DNA of 51,696 bases from a virus. Taxonomy: Duplodnaviria > Caudoviricetes. The DNA lies in the IMG/VR virus record IMGVR_UViG_3300035670_000297, positions 1 to 51,696 of that record; one strand, 5' to 3'. The translations under genes were made by a program, and so were the position numbers. Positions 36,267-45,279 of this stretch are shown here, one piece after another (the stretch's first letter is position 1; each line of letters starts with the position of its first letter). Below the pieces are notes generated by a model. It was not told the DNA's origin, searched no databases, and saw only the letters and a program-made list of their open reading frames with translations.

Positions 36267-36638
36267 TTAGTCCTTGGCCATGTAGTAGCCAGCCGCGCCG
36301 GCCGCGCCGTACTTCGCAATCTTCTTGCCAAGCTTGCGCATCTTCTTGGGGTCGCGAGCAACCTTGCCCAGGCTGGACATCAGCTTGTTCGGCGGGGTCC
36401 GCATCACCTTACGACCAGCCCGTCGCGCCGACTTGCCCATGCCCATCACGCCTTCGCCCATGCCACGGGCAATGTTCATACCGGCAGAGCCAGCACGACG
36501 AGCCTTCTTCACGGTCTTGGAGCCCTTCACTGCGGCAATCCCCTTCTTGCCGTAGCTGATGCCACCGCTGACGGCCTTCTTGCCCATACCCACGCCCTTC
36601 TTACCGTAACCCATTGCCTTGCCGAACATGCCCTTCAT
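36267..36638 (-). CDS. Lys/Gly/Met-rich basic protein, 123 aa
   Basis: AGGAG RBS, ATGA overlap, GKK repeats. Confidence 0.75.
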   Translation of the reverse strand: MKGMFGKAMGYGKKGVGMGKKAVSGGISYGKKGIAAVKGSKTVKKARRAGSAGMNIARGMGEGVMGMGKSARRAGRKVMRTPPNKLMSSLGKVARDPKKMRKLGKKIAKYGAAGAAGYYMAKD

Positions 36639-36934
36639 GACTGTTTCTCCTGGGGCCTGTAGCCCAATTTCCAGAGGACTCGAGCAATCGCGGTAGCGCT
36701 GTCCTCAACCACGCTCTCGTCGAGCTCTGGATGCAACGCATGCAGCAGCTCGTGCACAATCGTATCCAAGCGAAGGCGACCTTCAAGAGTCTCCTTCACA
36801 CGCACCACGTAGCGACGACGGGAACGCCCCGCGTCGCAGTCGCCCAAGGTCGAGCGTGAGAGTTCGCTTGCTGAGACAAAGCGAAGATCCACGATTCGAC
36901 CGCAGCTTTGGATGACTACTCTGTCAGAAGACAT
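36635..36934 (-). CDS. HExxH metallopeptidase-like small protein
   Basis: LG.C..DTIVHELLHA..E..VE. Confidence 0.7.
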   Translation of the reverse strand: MSSDRVVIQSCGRIVDLRFVSASELSRSTLGDCDAGRSRRRYVVRVKETLEGRLRLDTIVHELLHALHPELDESVVEDSATAIARVLWKLGYRPQEKQS

Positions 36935-37766
36935 CGGGCATCCTCAGCAACTGGGCATCCCAGTCCTTCAAGTTGAAGGGTGGGACAGCCCGCATGTTAC
37001 ACCGGATTAGCCCCAATGCAGCCCCCCACTGTGAGGTGTCCTTACGTCTCATCCACGTCGGCTGAAGCGGACCACACGTGCCCACGTTCATGTACCACCA
37101 CGGAAGCGGAATCGCAGCCGTGCGCCTGCACTGCGTAGGTGGCACGGGGCGGTGAGTGTGACCGCGCACCACTAAGCGATTCGAGTGCCCCCCACAGAAG
37201 TTCGAGAACTGGATCGCCTCCAGCTCGTCACTCGAGCGGCCCGCGTCAAAGCCGTGGGTCAGGATCACCGGTCCAATCTCCAGACAGCCTGATCGGTCCT
37301 TTCGGTACTCCGTCCACTTCCAGTGCTTGGCCTCACTGGCAAAGGGTTCCACATGCAGGAAGTTGCTCACACCGCGCAGAGCGGCCGGAATGCGGCGGGG
37401 GTCCGCAGCCTGCAGGTTGTCGTCATGGTTGCCCATAATCGCATGACAAACTGTCCTCCTAGGAAGGACAGATCTCAGGCTTGCCATGAATGCGGCCGCA
37501 TGCTTGTATTCGTCCAGCAGGTCGTGCTGCGACTCGTCGGGATGGACGCTCGCCGCCGACGCCTCAAAGATGTCCCCCAGATGCACGAGATGGGTCAGGC
37601 CCTCCAGAGATCCCAAGGTGTCAAGCAGCCACCGATGGACCGTGGGGGGCGTAAACGGAGAATGCGTACAGGAGAGGACGGCAATGACCGCCTCTCCTGC
37701 ACGACTTCTCGTAGGTGGGGCTGCAGGCCCTCGCCTGACCTGCAGCCCCTTGCGCTTTCGGGCCAC
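36924..37766 (-). CDS. Calcineurin-like metallophosphoesterase
   Basis: SCTH, LGDIFE, GNHD, THG, GHTH. Confidence 0.85.
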   Translation of the reverse strand: MARKRKGLQVRRGPAAPPTRSRAGEAVIAVLSCTHSPFTPPTVHRWLLDTLGSLEGLTHLVHLGDIFEASAASVHPDESQHDLLDEYKHAAAFMASLRSVLPRRTVCHAIMGNHDDNLQAADPRRIPAALRGVSNFLHVEPFASEAKHWKWTEYRKDRSGCLEIGPVILTHGFDAGRSSDELEAIQFSNFCGGHSNRLVVRGHTHRPVPPTQCRRTAAIPLPWWYMNVGTCGPLQPTWMRRKDTSQWGAALGLIRCNMRAVPPFNLKDWDAQLLRMPDVF

Positions 37767-37802
37767 TTATGTGGACCCTCCAGGAAGATCGCTACTCAGC
37801 GA

Positions 37803-39425
37803 TCAACTCGAGTACACCTTGTCGTAGCTGCAACCCGTCAGCTTCAGACCAGCAGGCTGGTCAGGCACCAGCTGCATCCGGATCATTCCGGGCATCTGGA
37901 CAGCCTCGGTGATGCTGGCGCCGTTGTTGGCAAGGATCGGCCACTTGGTGGTCGACATGCCGGTCAGGGCGGGCATCACGAAGTTGAACGGGATGAACGA
38001 CTCGGCCTCAGCGAACGACTGCACGCCCTGCGGGGCGGGCGGGACGTACCGCTTCCAGTTGGCGCCACCCTTCTTCAGGCCGTAGACCACGCCGTCCTCG
38101 ATGTAGGTCGAGGTGTAGCCGTTGTAGGTCTTGCCTTCGAAGGTGAACTTGAAGCCGTCCTCGCTGCCCTCGTTGTTGAGGGACGAGAGACGACCCGTGC
38201 GCTCCAGAGTGTACTGACCGATCTTCTGGGCCTCGTAGGCCATCCACACGCCGTCAGCGGCGATGAGGCAGTCGATCGTCTGGCCGTACTTGTTCTTCGC
38301 AGCATGGAAGCGGCGGATGTACTGGCGGAGCTTGTGCTCAGTCAGTGCACCGACGCTGGTCTGCCGGAAGCTCTTGAACTCCGGGTGAGAGGTCACATCA
38401 ATCTGGTTGCTCGAGTCAGCCTCGGCACCCAGCAGGATGTTGTCGTTACCACCGCTACCGAACTTCATCCAGCTGTTGATACCGGCGATACCGGTAAAAC
38501 CAGCTGCGGTCGTGCTCGCGTTCACTCGGCTGTTGGCGTAAGTGATCCAAATCTTGGTGGTCGCAGACGTACCACCAGTCGTGCACGTGATGCTGGCAGT
38601 ACCGTTGCCGAACTCACCAGTTGCGGCAGACAGAACCACCTTACCGGTGAGCTCGTCCACAGCAGCCACGAACACCTTCTTACGGGTGGTCAGGTTCTGG
38701 TTTGCAGCGGCATTCGCGGTGTCGTTGATTCGAATTGCGGGACCGCTGCTGTCGGTGTAGACATCGACTCGCTGACCCACGTAGAAACGATCCACGGCAC
38801 CATTGCCCACAACCAGGGTGACTCGATCTTCGCCCGTGGGTGCACCGTTCGTACCGTCGCCCTGAAGGCCGACGTAACTTTCGGTGTACGCAAGAGCGTA
38901 GCTGTCGCTCTGGCTGACGTACCAGTAGTTGCACAGCGTGTGGGCCATGTTCTGAGCAAAGCCCTTCAGCTTCGGGGCAATCACATCACCGATGAAAGCC
39001 GGGGTGGCCTCAGCGGTCATCTCGCCCAGAGTCACTGCAAGGTTGGTCAGCATGGCGCGCATGCCGATGCCCAGACGGTACGGCTTCTGAACCGGACCCT
39101 CAAGAGCGCTCGGCCACACCTCGGTCGCGCTCTGCGTGTACAGCTTGTCACCACGACCAAGACTGGTCGTAGCATCACCGTACAGCACAAAGTCGTTACG
39201 AGGACGAGCCTGCTCGATCACGCCGGTCAGACCGCCGCGATACACCTTCAGAATCTTCAGGTCACGACCGATCGCACTGGCCGGGCCCACGCCCTGCGAG
39301 GTCACGACGGTGTCGCGCCAAGCCGGATCGAGGGTGGGGAGGATCGTGTCGACGTTCTTGTTGATGATCTCTTCGATCTGGTTTGCATGAGTATCGAAGA
39401 GAGTTCCAGTCACTCCAAAAGGCAT
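37803..39425 (-). CDS. Major capsid protein (putative), 540 aa
   Basis: Follows portal and scaffold; strong AAGGA RBS; highly biased codons. Confidence 0.72.
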   Translation of the reverse strand: MPFGVTGTLFDTHANQIEEIINKNVDTILPTLDPAWRDTVVTSQGVGPASAIGRDLKILKVYRGGLTGVIEQARPRNDFVLYGDATTSLGRGDKLYTQSATEVWPSALEGPVQKPYRLGIGMRAMLTNLAVTLGEMTAEATPAFIGDVIAPKLKGFAQNMAHTLCNYWYVSQSDSYALAYTESYVGLQGDGTNGAPTGEDRVTLVVGNGAVDRFYVGQRVDVYTDSSGPAIRINDTANAAANQNLTTRKKVFVAAVDELTGKVVLSAATGEFGNGTASITCTTGGTSATTKIWITYANSRVNASTTAAGFTGIAGINSWMKFGSGGNDNILLGAEADSSNQIDVTSHPEFKSFRQTSVGALTEHKLRQYIRRFHAAKNKYGQTIDCLIAADGVWMAYEAQKIGQYTLERTGRLSSLNNEGSEDGFKFTFEGKTYNGYTSTYIEDGVVYGLKKGGANWKRYVPPAPQGVQSFAEAESFIPFNFVMPALTGMSTTKWPILANNGASITEAVQMPGMIRMQLVPDQPAGLKLTGCSYDKVYSS

Positions 39426-39452
39426 TGTTGTTGTTCCTTCGGTAAGGGGAAA

Positions 39453-40412
39453 TCAGACGCGGTCAGTTCCCTTATCGAGGCCAGCAGCCAGACGACTCAG
39501 AACGTCTGAGTTGTATGCGTTCAGCTGCGTCTCGATGTCACCGGTCTTCATTCCGGGCTTCCACTTGGGAGCCGGCACCGGCTTGCGGGAAACGAAGTAA
39601 TCCGAACCGCTTGCTGTTTCCGGCGCCCGACCAAGACGGTTGGGGTCGCCGATTACCGAGCGATACTTGGCAACCACAGACTCCGTAGCCCGCTTTGCCT
39701 CTTCCGCTACCCAGGCTTCGTTGAAGGTGCCAGACGCGTCTCGGCGCTGCCTCAGGAAATCCAGTGTCGTTTGACGGATGTCCCGTTCGATGGCAGCCCG
39801 TGCGTTCTTGGCGGCCTCGTCGCCGTTCAGTTCGCGGAGCTTGCCCAACAGTGTACGGGCATCCTGAACTCCGTCAAGAGACCCATTGATCTGCTGGTCC
39901 ATGTGCTGGCCAAGGCGCTCCGCCTTGATCCGCCTGACTTCCTCCTCAGCGACCTGGGCGCGGCGCTGAGCGTCAAGGATGGACTGGGCCACAAACTCGG
40001 TGTCCTGGTCGTCCTCCTCGTCCTCTTCGGGGTCCTGTCCCTCCACTTCCGGGTCTTCGTTTTCGTCAACCATTTCGTACTCCTCGTCTTCCTGGCCACC
40101 TTGGGCCCAAGCGCCAACCTGCCGGTCGATCTCCTGCTCGGGGAAGCCGGCATCCCGAAGCAGCTGGCGAGCAGCTTCAGTCTTCATGTCGGCAGGAACG
40201 TCCTGCCGCATCACCGTAAGAGCGGCCTCCCGAAACTTCGAGAGACTTTCCATCTCCTCGCGAGCCTTCTCGAGTTCCTCGCGCGCAGCGGCGAGCTCGC
40301 GAACCGGAATCTCGCGGCCCCCCACGCGGACGCTGGTATCAAGGTCCATGATGTTGGGGGTGGTCTCATCAGTCTCGTTGTCAATCTCCGGCGTGGTCTC
40401 GTCAGTAGCCAT
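39453..40412 (-). CDS. Scaffolding protein (putative)
   Basis: Acidic coiled coil with V.VGGREIPV.EL motif, between portal and capsid. Confidence 0.7.
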   Translation of the reverse strand: MATDETTPEIDNETDETTPNIMDLDTSVRVGGREIPVRELAAAREELEKAREEMESLSKFREAALTVMRQDVPADMKTEAARQLLRDAGFPEQEIDRQVGAWAQGGQEDEEYEMVDENEDPEVEGQDPEEDEEDDQDTEFVAQSILDAQRRAQVAEEEVRRIKAERLGQHMDQQINGSLDGVQDARTLLGKLRELNGDEAAKNARAAIERDIRQTTLDFLRQRRDASGTFNEAWVAEEAKRATESVVAKYRSVIGDPNRLGRAPETASGSDYFVSRKPVPAPKWKPGMKTGDIETQLNAYNSDVLSRLAAGLDKGTDRV

Positions 40413-40418
40413 TTGGTA

Positions 40419-42419
40419 TTACCTCTGCATGGGGGGCATGCCCGGCATACCCATTCCTGGGGGCGCGTTTTGAGGTCCCATGGCCATGGCGGCCATCTCG
40501 GGCGAGGGGACCTGCGGGGGCAAAGTTGCCCCCATGAACTGGAGCATCGACTGCTTGTAGTCAGAGAAGGCGTTCTGGACCTCTGGTGAAGCAACCGACA
40601 TGACGGGGCTGGACATGAAGGAGGACAGCAGGCGCATCTGGATGTCAGGCCTGGAGCTGTCTGGGGTCAACACCACCTGCCCCGGATCGTTACCGTTGCC
40701 GTAGAGAACCAGAATGTTCTGGACTCCCATCTCGTAGGCTGATCGTTCCTCCTCAATCCACATCGCGAAGTCGAGACCCTCCTTCAGGGTAAACAGCTTG
40801 AAGGAGTCGGGATCCATGAGGCCGGCTCGAAGGAGTGCCATCGCCTCTTCCTTGCGGGCCACTTCGCTGCGTGGGTTGACCTGACGAACGCCGAAGGTGA
40901 GGTGTCCCACGTGCGGAATCGGGTTCTTGTCAAAGGACACGCTGCCATTCTCAAGGTCGATGACTGCCCCTGCGAGGTCGAGCGTAAGGTTGCTCACCGG
41001 CACTGGCTTGGGGAACTTCACGAGATCCGCAACTGCGCTGCTTACGATTGAGCGGTACATATCCCCGAACGCCCTCTGAATTCCGATTGAGGGGTTGGTC
41101 ATCGCACGGGTGATCTGCTCATCAAGGAACTGCAGACCGGTCGCGCTGTCCACCCGACCCTTCTCCTGAATGAGGTCTTGGATCGGGCTGATGGCGTGCA
41201 TCACCTCGCGGGCAAACTGGGCCACCTTTCCGGGGACATCTCCGGCGTTGGCTGGGCTGATGTTGATGGGGTTGAACTTCTCGTTCAACGGATCAGGCTG
41301 GTAGGCCATGACACGCAGGCCCTTGCCAACCTCTCGAAGCGTGGTTCGCTCGTTGAACGCACCGGCTGGAAGCACCAGAACTCCGTAGCGGTCCACATCC
41401 CGGATGTTGTTGAACAGGCTCTTCATCATCTTCTCCGCCTCGCGAGAGATGCCGAAGAGCAGGTCAAACATGCCGGCTCCATAGAAGGTGCCGGTGTCCA
41501 TGAAACGGGCCCAGCCCAGCGGGCAGTAGACCACACGGTCGGAGTAGTCCTCATCCGACAGCACCACCTCGCCACACGTCACCACGTATCGGGCGCAGGT
41601 ACCGCGAGGGCCATCGAGCCAAAGCTCGCGCACTCGAGCCACCTTTGTGCTCAGGAGGTTGGAGCCAGAGGAGATACCGGTTGAGATTGCACGGCCGTCA
41701 AAGGGATTACGAACAGCGTCGCCGGGCTCATCCAATCCGGCATCCTGAATGGTGTCGCCCGGGTCGGTTGCCCAGTATTCCATCCGGTCCAGGTTCTTCT
41801 GAATGAACGACTTGCCAAAGCGCTCCTCCAAGAACTCCACCGGAACAACGCGCTGGCGCAGCATCCCCTGCTTCTTGGCGTGGTCCTGATGCAGCGCGGG
41901 GAAGGGATAGACCTCACGCGGGTGCACAACCTCAAGGTCTGCCGTCAAGCCGACCGTGGGAACATCAACCAGGTGGCCCTGAATGCCGCAGCATCCCAGC
42001 GTCACGAAGTTGTGTGCAAAGTCGCTGACCACCTGCGACAGGTGATTCTCAGCAACCAAGGAATCTGCAACCACCTGCGCGGCAGCACGCTCCCGGATCA
42101 TCCGCAGGGATGTGCCCTGCCGCATGATTCGGGGCCGAAGATCCATGCTCGCGATCCGGGCCACCGTGCGGTCGATCATCGACAGAAGTTCCTGGCTTTG
42201 GAACTCGACGTTCCCCTCCTTGTCGAGGTAGTGGGGGGACACTCGACCGTTGTACGGGTCAAAGACATCGAACCGCCGGGCACCGTTCAGGTAGTGCCAA
42301 GCCAGCATCCACACCGCACGCCGGTAGGAGTACCTAGCCCTCTCCCGCTCTGCGTGCATACGCAGAAGCTTTGCAATCTCGGTAGGGTCCTTAGGAAGGC
42401 TGATTGTCTGGGCGGGCAC
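40419..42419 (-). CDS. Portal protein (putative), 666 aa
   Basis: Follows TerL; size; VVHPREVYP, GRVDSATG and an M/P/G-rich C-terminal tail. Confidence 0.78.
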   Translation of the reverse strand: MPAQTISLPKDPTEIAKLLRMHAERERARYSYRRAVWMLAWHYLNGARRFDVFDPYNGRVSPHYLDKEGNVEFQSQELLSMIDRTVARIASMDLRPRIMRQGTSLRMIRERAAAQVVADSLVAENHLSQVVSDFAHNFVTLGCCGIQGHLVDVPTVGLTADLEVVHPREVYPFPALHQDHAKKQGMLRQRVVPVEFLEERFGKSFIQKNLDRMEYWATDPGDTIQDAGLDEPGDAVRNPFDGRAISTGISSGSNLLSTKVARVRELWLDGPRGTCARYVVTCGEVVLSDEDYSDRVVYCPLGWARFMDTGTFYGAGMFDLLFGISREAEKMMKSLFNNIRDVDRYGVLVLPAGAFNERTTLREVGKGLRVMAYQPDPLNEKFNPINISPANAGDVPGKVAQFAREVMHAISPIQDLIQEKGRVDSATGLQFLDEQITRAMTNPSIGIQRAFGDMYRSIVSSAVADLVKFPKPVPVSNLTLDLAGAVIDLENGSVSFDKNPIPHVGHLTFGVRQVNPRSEVARKEEAMALLRAGLMDPDSFKLFTLKEGLDFAMWIEEERSAYEMGVQNILVLYGNGNDPGQVVLTPDSSRPDIQMRLLSSFMSSPVMSVASPEVQNAFSDYKQSMLQFMGATLPPQVPSPEMAAMAMGPQNAPPGMGMPGMPPMQR

Positions 42420-42660
42420 TTGCGATTCTCCTTGCTACGCCAAGTGGGGTCCACTCAGCCGGGATCTCATCATCAGACACCTCAAACATCCCGGTGAATT
42501 CAGTGCGGGGCTCCTCAGAAGCCACTGGACGAACCGGCGGCAGACCGAAGTCACCGGAGCCCCGCGTGTAGTACACCCTGGCCATCGCCTCGTACAGGAA
42601 GTACGGGATGGTGACGTACAAGCTCTTTTCGTTCGTTTCGTTAGACTTTGGAGCTTCCAT
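42391..42660 (-). CDS. Hypothetical protein, 89 aa
   Basis: AAGGA RBS; overlaps both neighbours. Confidence 0.65.
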   Translation of the reverse strand: MEAPKSNETNEKSLYVTIPYFLYEAMARVYYTRGSGDFGLPPVRPVASEEPRTEFTGMFEVSDDEIPAEWTPLGVARRIASARPDNQPS

Positions 42661-44572
42661 CAGATTCCTTGGCGATAAGGAGGTGGTTCACATCATCGGG
42701 GCTAAGTCGGTTGAAATCAAGGGTAGCAAGAACCGGTATCCCATTGTCATCAAGTAGAGTTCCGGTCCTCAAAAGATCCAAACCCACCGCCTTGGGGGCG
42801 TCAGGTCCCCCCACGCTCGGGATGCGGAACCGCATGATGATGGTGCTCATCGAGACGGTGTCGAGGTGGTCGTCATGGCCCAAACCGCCGTTCTTGGCCT
42901 CGGGGTTGAACTGCTCGATCTGGTCGAAGAGTTCCCGCCAAGGCTTCTCCATCTTGAGCCACAAGGGCAACTTGATGAGTCCGTGCTCGAACCGGAACAT
43001 CAGGGTGCTGATCTTGCCCTCTTTCTGCATCATGCCCACCCGCAGGGGGACGACTCGGGGGAGGTGGGTCGTGCCGGTCATCTCGGTAGCCCGCTGGCGG
43101 ACCAGGCTTTCGAGCTGTTGGTACAGGGAGGCGGACTCCCGAACCACCTCGGGGTGGATGGTGGGCACCCTCCACTTGTCGGCCAGCCGGAAGACGTTGC
43201 GGACCAGCTCCACCTCGGGAGCCTTGCCAGCCCACATGTCCAGCACGAATAGGCAGTTCTCAGGGGTGGCGGCCATGACGGTTGCCACCTTGTAATCCGA
43301 GTCGGTGCCGTGTGTAAAGGAGGTGTCAATGGCCATGAACAGGCGGCACTGCTGCAGGAACTCCCCGATGGGTCGGCTTCTGGTCTGCTCCTTGTCCCCC
43401 CAGCAAATGAGGGCCTTGGAGTTGTAGGGCTGGAGGGTGAACTCGAGGTCGGGGTTCTCAAGCCACCAGCCGTGGGACTCTCGGGTCAGGACTGGGAAGT
43501 AGTTCTCCCCGCTCTCCCCCGGCCGGCCCCGGTACTCGGCGAGGTAGACCGATGGGCCCAGACGCTCCTTGATCTCCTCGAGGGAGATGCGGTTCTTGAG
43601 CTTGGGGTTGCCCCGCTTGGCATCGCGGGTAAGCGGCCACATCTCGGGCCAGCAGGAGTGGGTGATGCCGTCCTTGTCATACTCCGAATCCAGGAGCATG
43701 CGGGACCAGAACTCAAAGCGGGGGTCTTGGGCACGCGGTCCTTGGGGAGTCTGCTCGGTCTGCATGGCGTGCCATGCGTAGTGACGGCGGGAGACGAAAG
43801 TGGCCAGCCAGCGCACCGAGGTGTCGGGACGCATGAGCATCGGCAGGATGATCTTGAAGAGCAGGGTCTCCACGTAGTCACGCAGGACGCTCATAGAGGT
43901 CGCGGCCTTCGCGTCATACTCCGGGTCATCCAGGACGTAACAGCGGGGGCGGCCACCACGCTGCTTGCTGGAAGCGGAGATGGCGCGGAGCCACGAGCCG
44001 TTCTTCAGGTACATCATCTCCAACCCGAACGAGGCTTCGCCACGGCGGGGGGTGATGCGGTTGTCTGGGAAGTCGGGTGAGAAGTCGTCGAAGATCCGCT
44101 TGTTGTCAGTCAGCTGGCTCTTGACGATTTGGGCTGTTTGCTGCGCGTTGTCGTGCGAGCTGGTGGCGTAGATAAAAGAGAAGGCCGGACGAGTCAGCAT
44201 CTGCAGCAGCATCGACTTGCGGATGCAACTGCTCTTCGCGAATCCGCGAGGTGCAATCACTAGTGAGGACTTGCTGCTCGCCCACTCCTTGTAGATCGAG
44301 TAGTGCCCAAGTGGGGTCGCCACCGGAAGGTCGTCGAAGAACAATGGATTGAAGTCCGCCTCTTCGTCCGGCCAGAGATAATACTTCTCGAAGAAGTTGA
44401 GGGCTGAAATGAAGTCGATCGAGCGCTGCTTCAGGTCGTCGGTTGGAAGTAGCCATTGGCGAGCTGCATTCAAACGAGCAAGTCGCTGCCCTTCCTCGGT
44501 AAGGTCAGCGTAGTCTGCTGGAAGTGGGTGCAGCGGGTTAGCCGGCCTGCCCTCAATCCGCTTTAGATCCAT
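42641..44572 (-). CDS. terL: Terminase large subunit
   Basis: APRGFAKS Walker A, RGGRP..VLDDPE Walker B, AIDTSF..DY and HDDHLD nuclease motifs. Confidence 0.92.
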   Translation of the reverse strand: MDLKRIEGRPANPLHPLPADYADLTEEGQRLARLNAARQWLLPTDDLKQRSIDFISALNFFEKYYLWPDEEADFNPLFFDDLPVATPLGHYSIYKEWASSKSSLVIAPRGFAKSSCIRKSMLLQMLTRPAFSFIYATSSHDNAQQTAQIVKSQLTDNKRIFDDFSPDFPDNRITPRRGEASFGLEMMYLKNGSWLRAISASSKQRGGRPRCYVLDDPEYDAKAATSMSVLRDYVETLLFKIILPMLMRPDTSVRWLATFVSRRHYAWHAMQTEQTPQGPRAQDPRFEFWSRMLLDSEYDKDGITHSCWPEMWPLTRDAKRGNPKLKNRISLEEIKERLGPSVYLAEYRGRPGESGENYFPVLTRESHGWWLENPDLEFTLQPYNSKALICWGDKEQTRSRPIGEFLQQCRLFMAIDTSFTHGTDSDYKVATVMAATPENCLFVLDMWAGKAPEVELVRNVFRLADKWRVPTIHPEVVRESASLYQQLESLVRQRATEMTGTTHLPRVVPLRVGMMQKEGKISTLMFRFEHGLIKLPLWLKMEKPWRELFDQIEQFNPEAKNGGLGHDDHLDTVSMSTIIMRFRIPSVGGPDAPKAVGLDLLRTGTLLDDNGIPVLATLDFNRLSPDDVNHLLIAKESDGSSKV

Positions 44573-44945
44573 TGGCGAATCGTCCCCCCAGCAGAAGGTC
44601 GAGGGTTGCAATGCGGCAGAGGACCGTGATGGTCAAGGCTGGGTCTCGGCTCACAAGGCTGTTGTTGAGGATTACGCGAAGGGCGTTCGTGGCCCAGGGG
44701 CTGAGCTCTTTGTTGGGGAGAAGGCGAGACTCCAGCTCGTAGCCCAGTTGTTCGGGTGAGCCCACCAGTTCGATTGGGTCCTTGAACGCAAGATCAAACA
44801 GGATCTGTCCGCCCGCTCGAGCCATCCCCAGCTGGCCCATCGACCGAAGTTGATCCCGGTGTGGAATCAAGGCTTCCTCGGTCTCCTGAGTCACCGGAGG
44901 GGAGGTACGTGCTTGCGTGACTGGGGCGATCTTCTGACGTGACAT
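44553..44945 (-). CDS. Hypothetical protein, 130 aa
   Basis: GAGGA RBS; first 152 nt overlap the upstream gene. Confidence 0.65.
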   Translation of the reverse strand: MSRQKIAPVTQARTSPPVTQETEEALIPHRDQLRSMGQLGMARAGGQILFDLAFKDPIELVGSPEQLGYELESRLLPNKELSPWATNALRVILNNSLVSRDPALTITVLCRIATLDLLLGGRFANGSKAD

Positions 44946-45279
44946 CGGGGATTTCCTCTTGAATGCGAGAGACGATGCGCGAAGCGGTTAGCGAGACCTC
45001 AAGCTTGCGCCCGTCAGCTTCCTGGGTGCCTCGAATTTCCTGCATCGCGAGAAGGCCCGAGGCCATGGCTGTCTCGCGGAGTACAGCGCGAAGTCTAGCA
45101 TGTGCACGCAGGGAGACGCTGGCGTCTGGGTCCCTAAAGTGCCGAATGAGTGTAGCGATTTCTTCCTCAACCGTGAACTGAGCACGGTCAAGAGCCCGAG
45201 CCACACTATCTGCTCGATAGAAGGTGGGTACCCCCTGGGGGACAATCGGGGCGAGGGATGTGTTGGGGATCTTCTTCAT
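44794..45279 (-). CDS. Hypothetical protein, terminase small subunit candidate
   Basis: TGATG coupling; helical; upstream of terL. Confidence 0.5.
   Translation of the reverse strand: MKKIPNTSLAPIVPQGVPTFYRADSVARALDRAQFTVEEEIATLIRHFRDPDASVSLRAHARLRAVLRETAMASGLLAMQEIRGTQEADGRKLEVSLTASRIVSRIQEEIPDVTSEDRPSHASTYLPSGDSGDRGSLDSTPGSTSVDGPAGDGSSGRTDPV

Noticed and set aside
37323-39509. 728-aa ORF antisense to the capsid gene
   Set aside because: In-register antisense shadow expected from strong codon bias; no RBS or motifs
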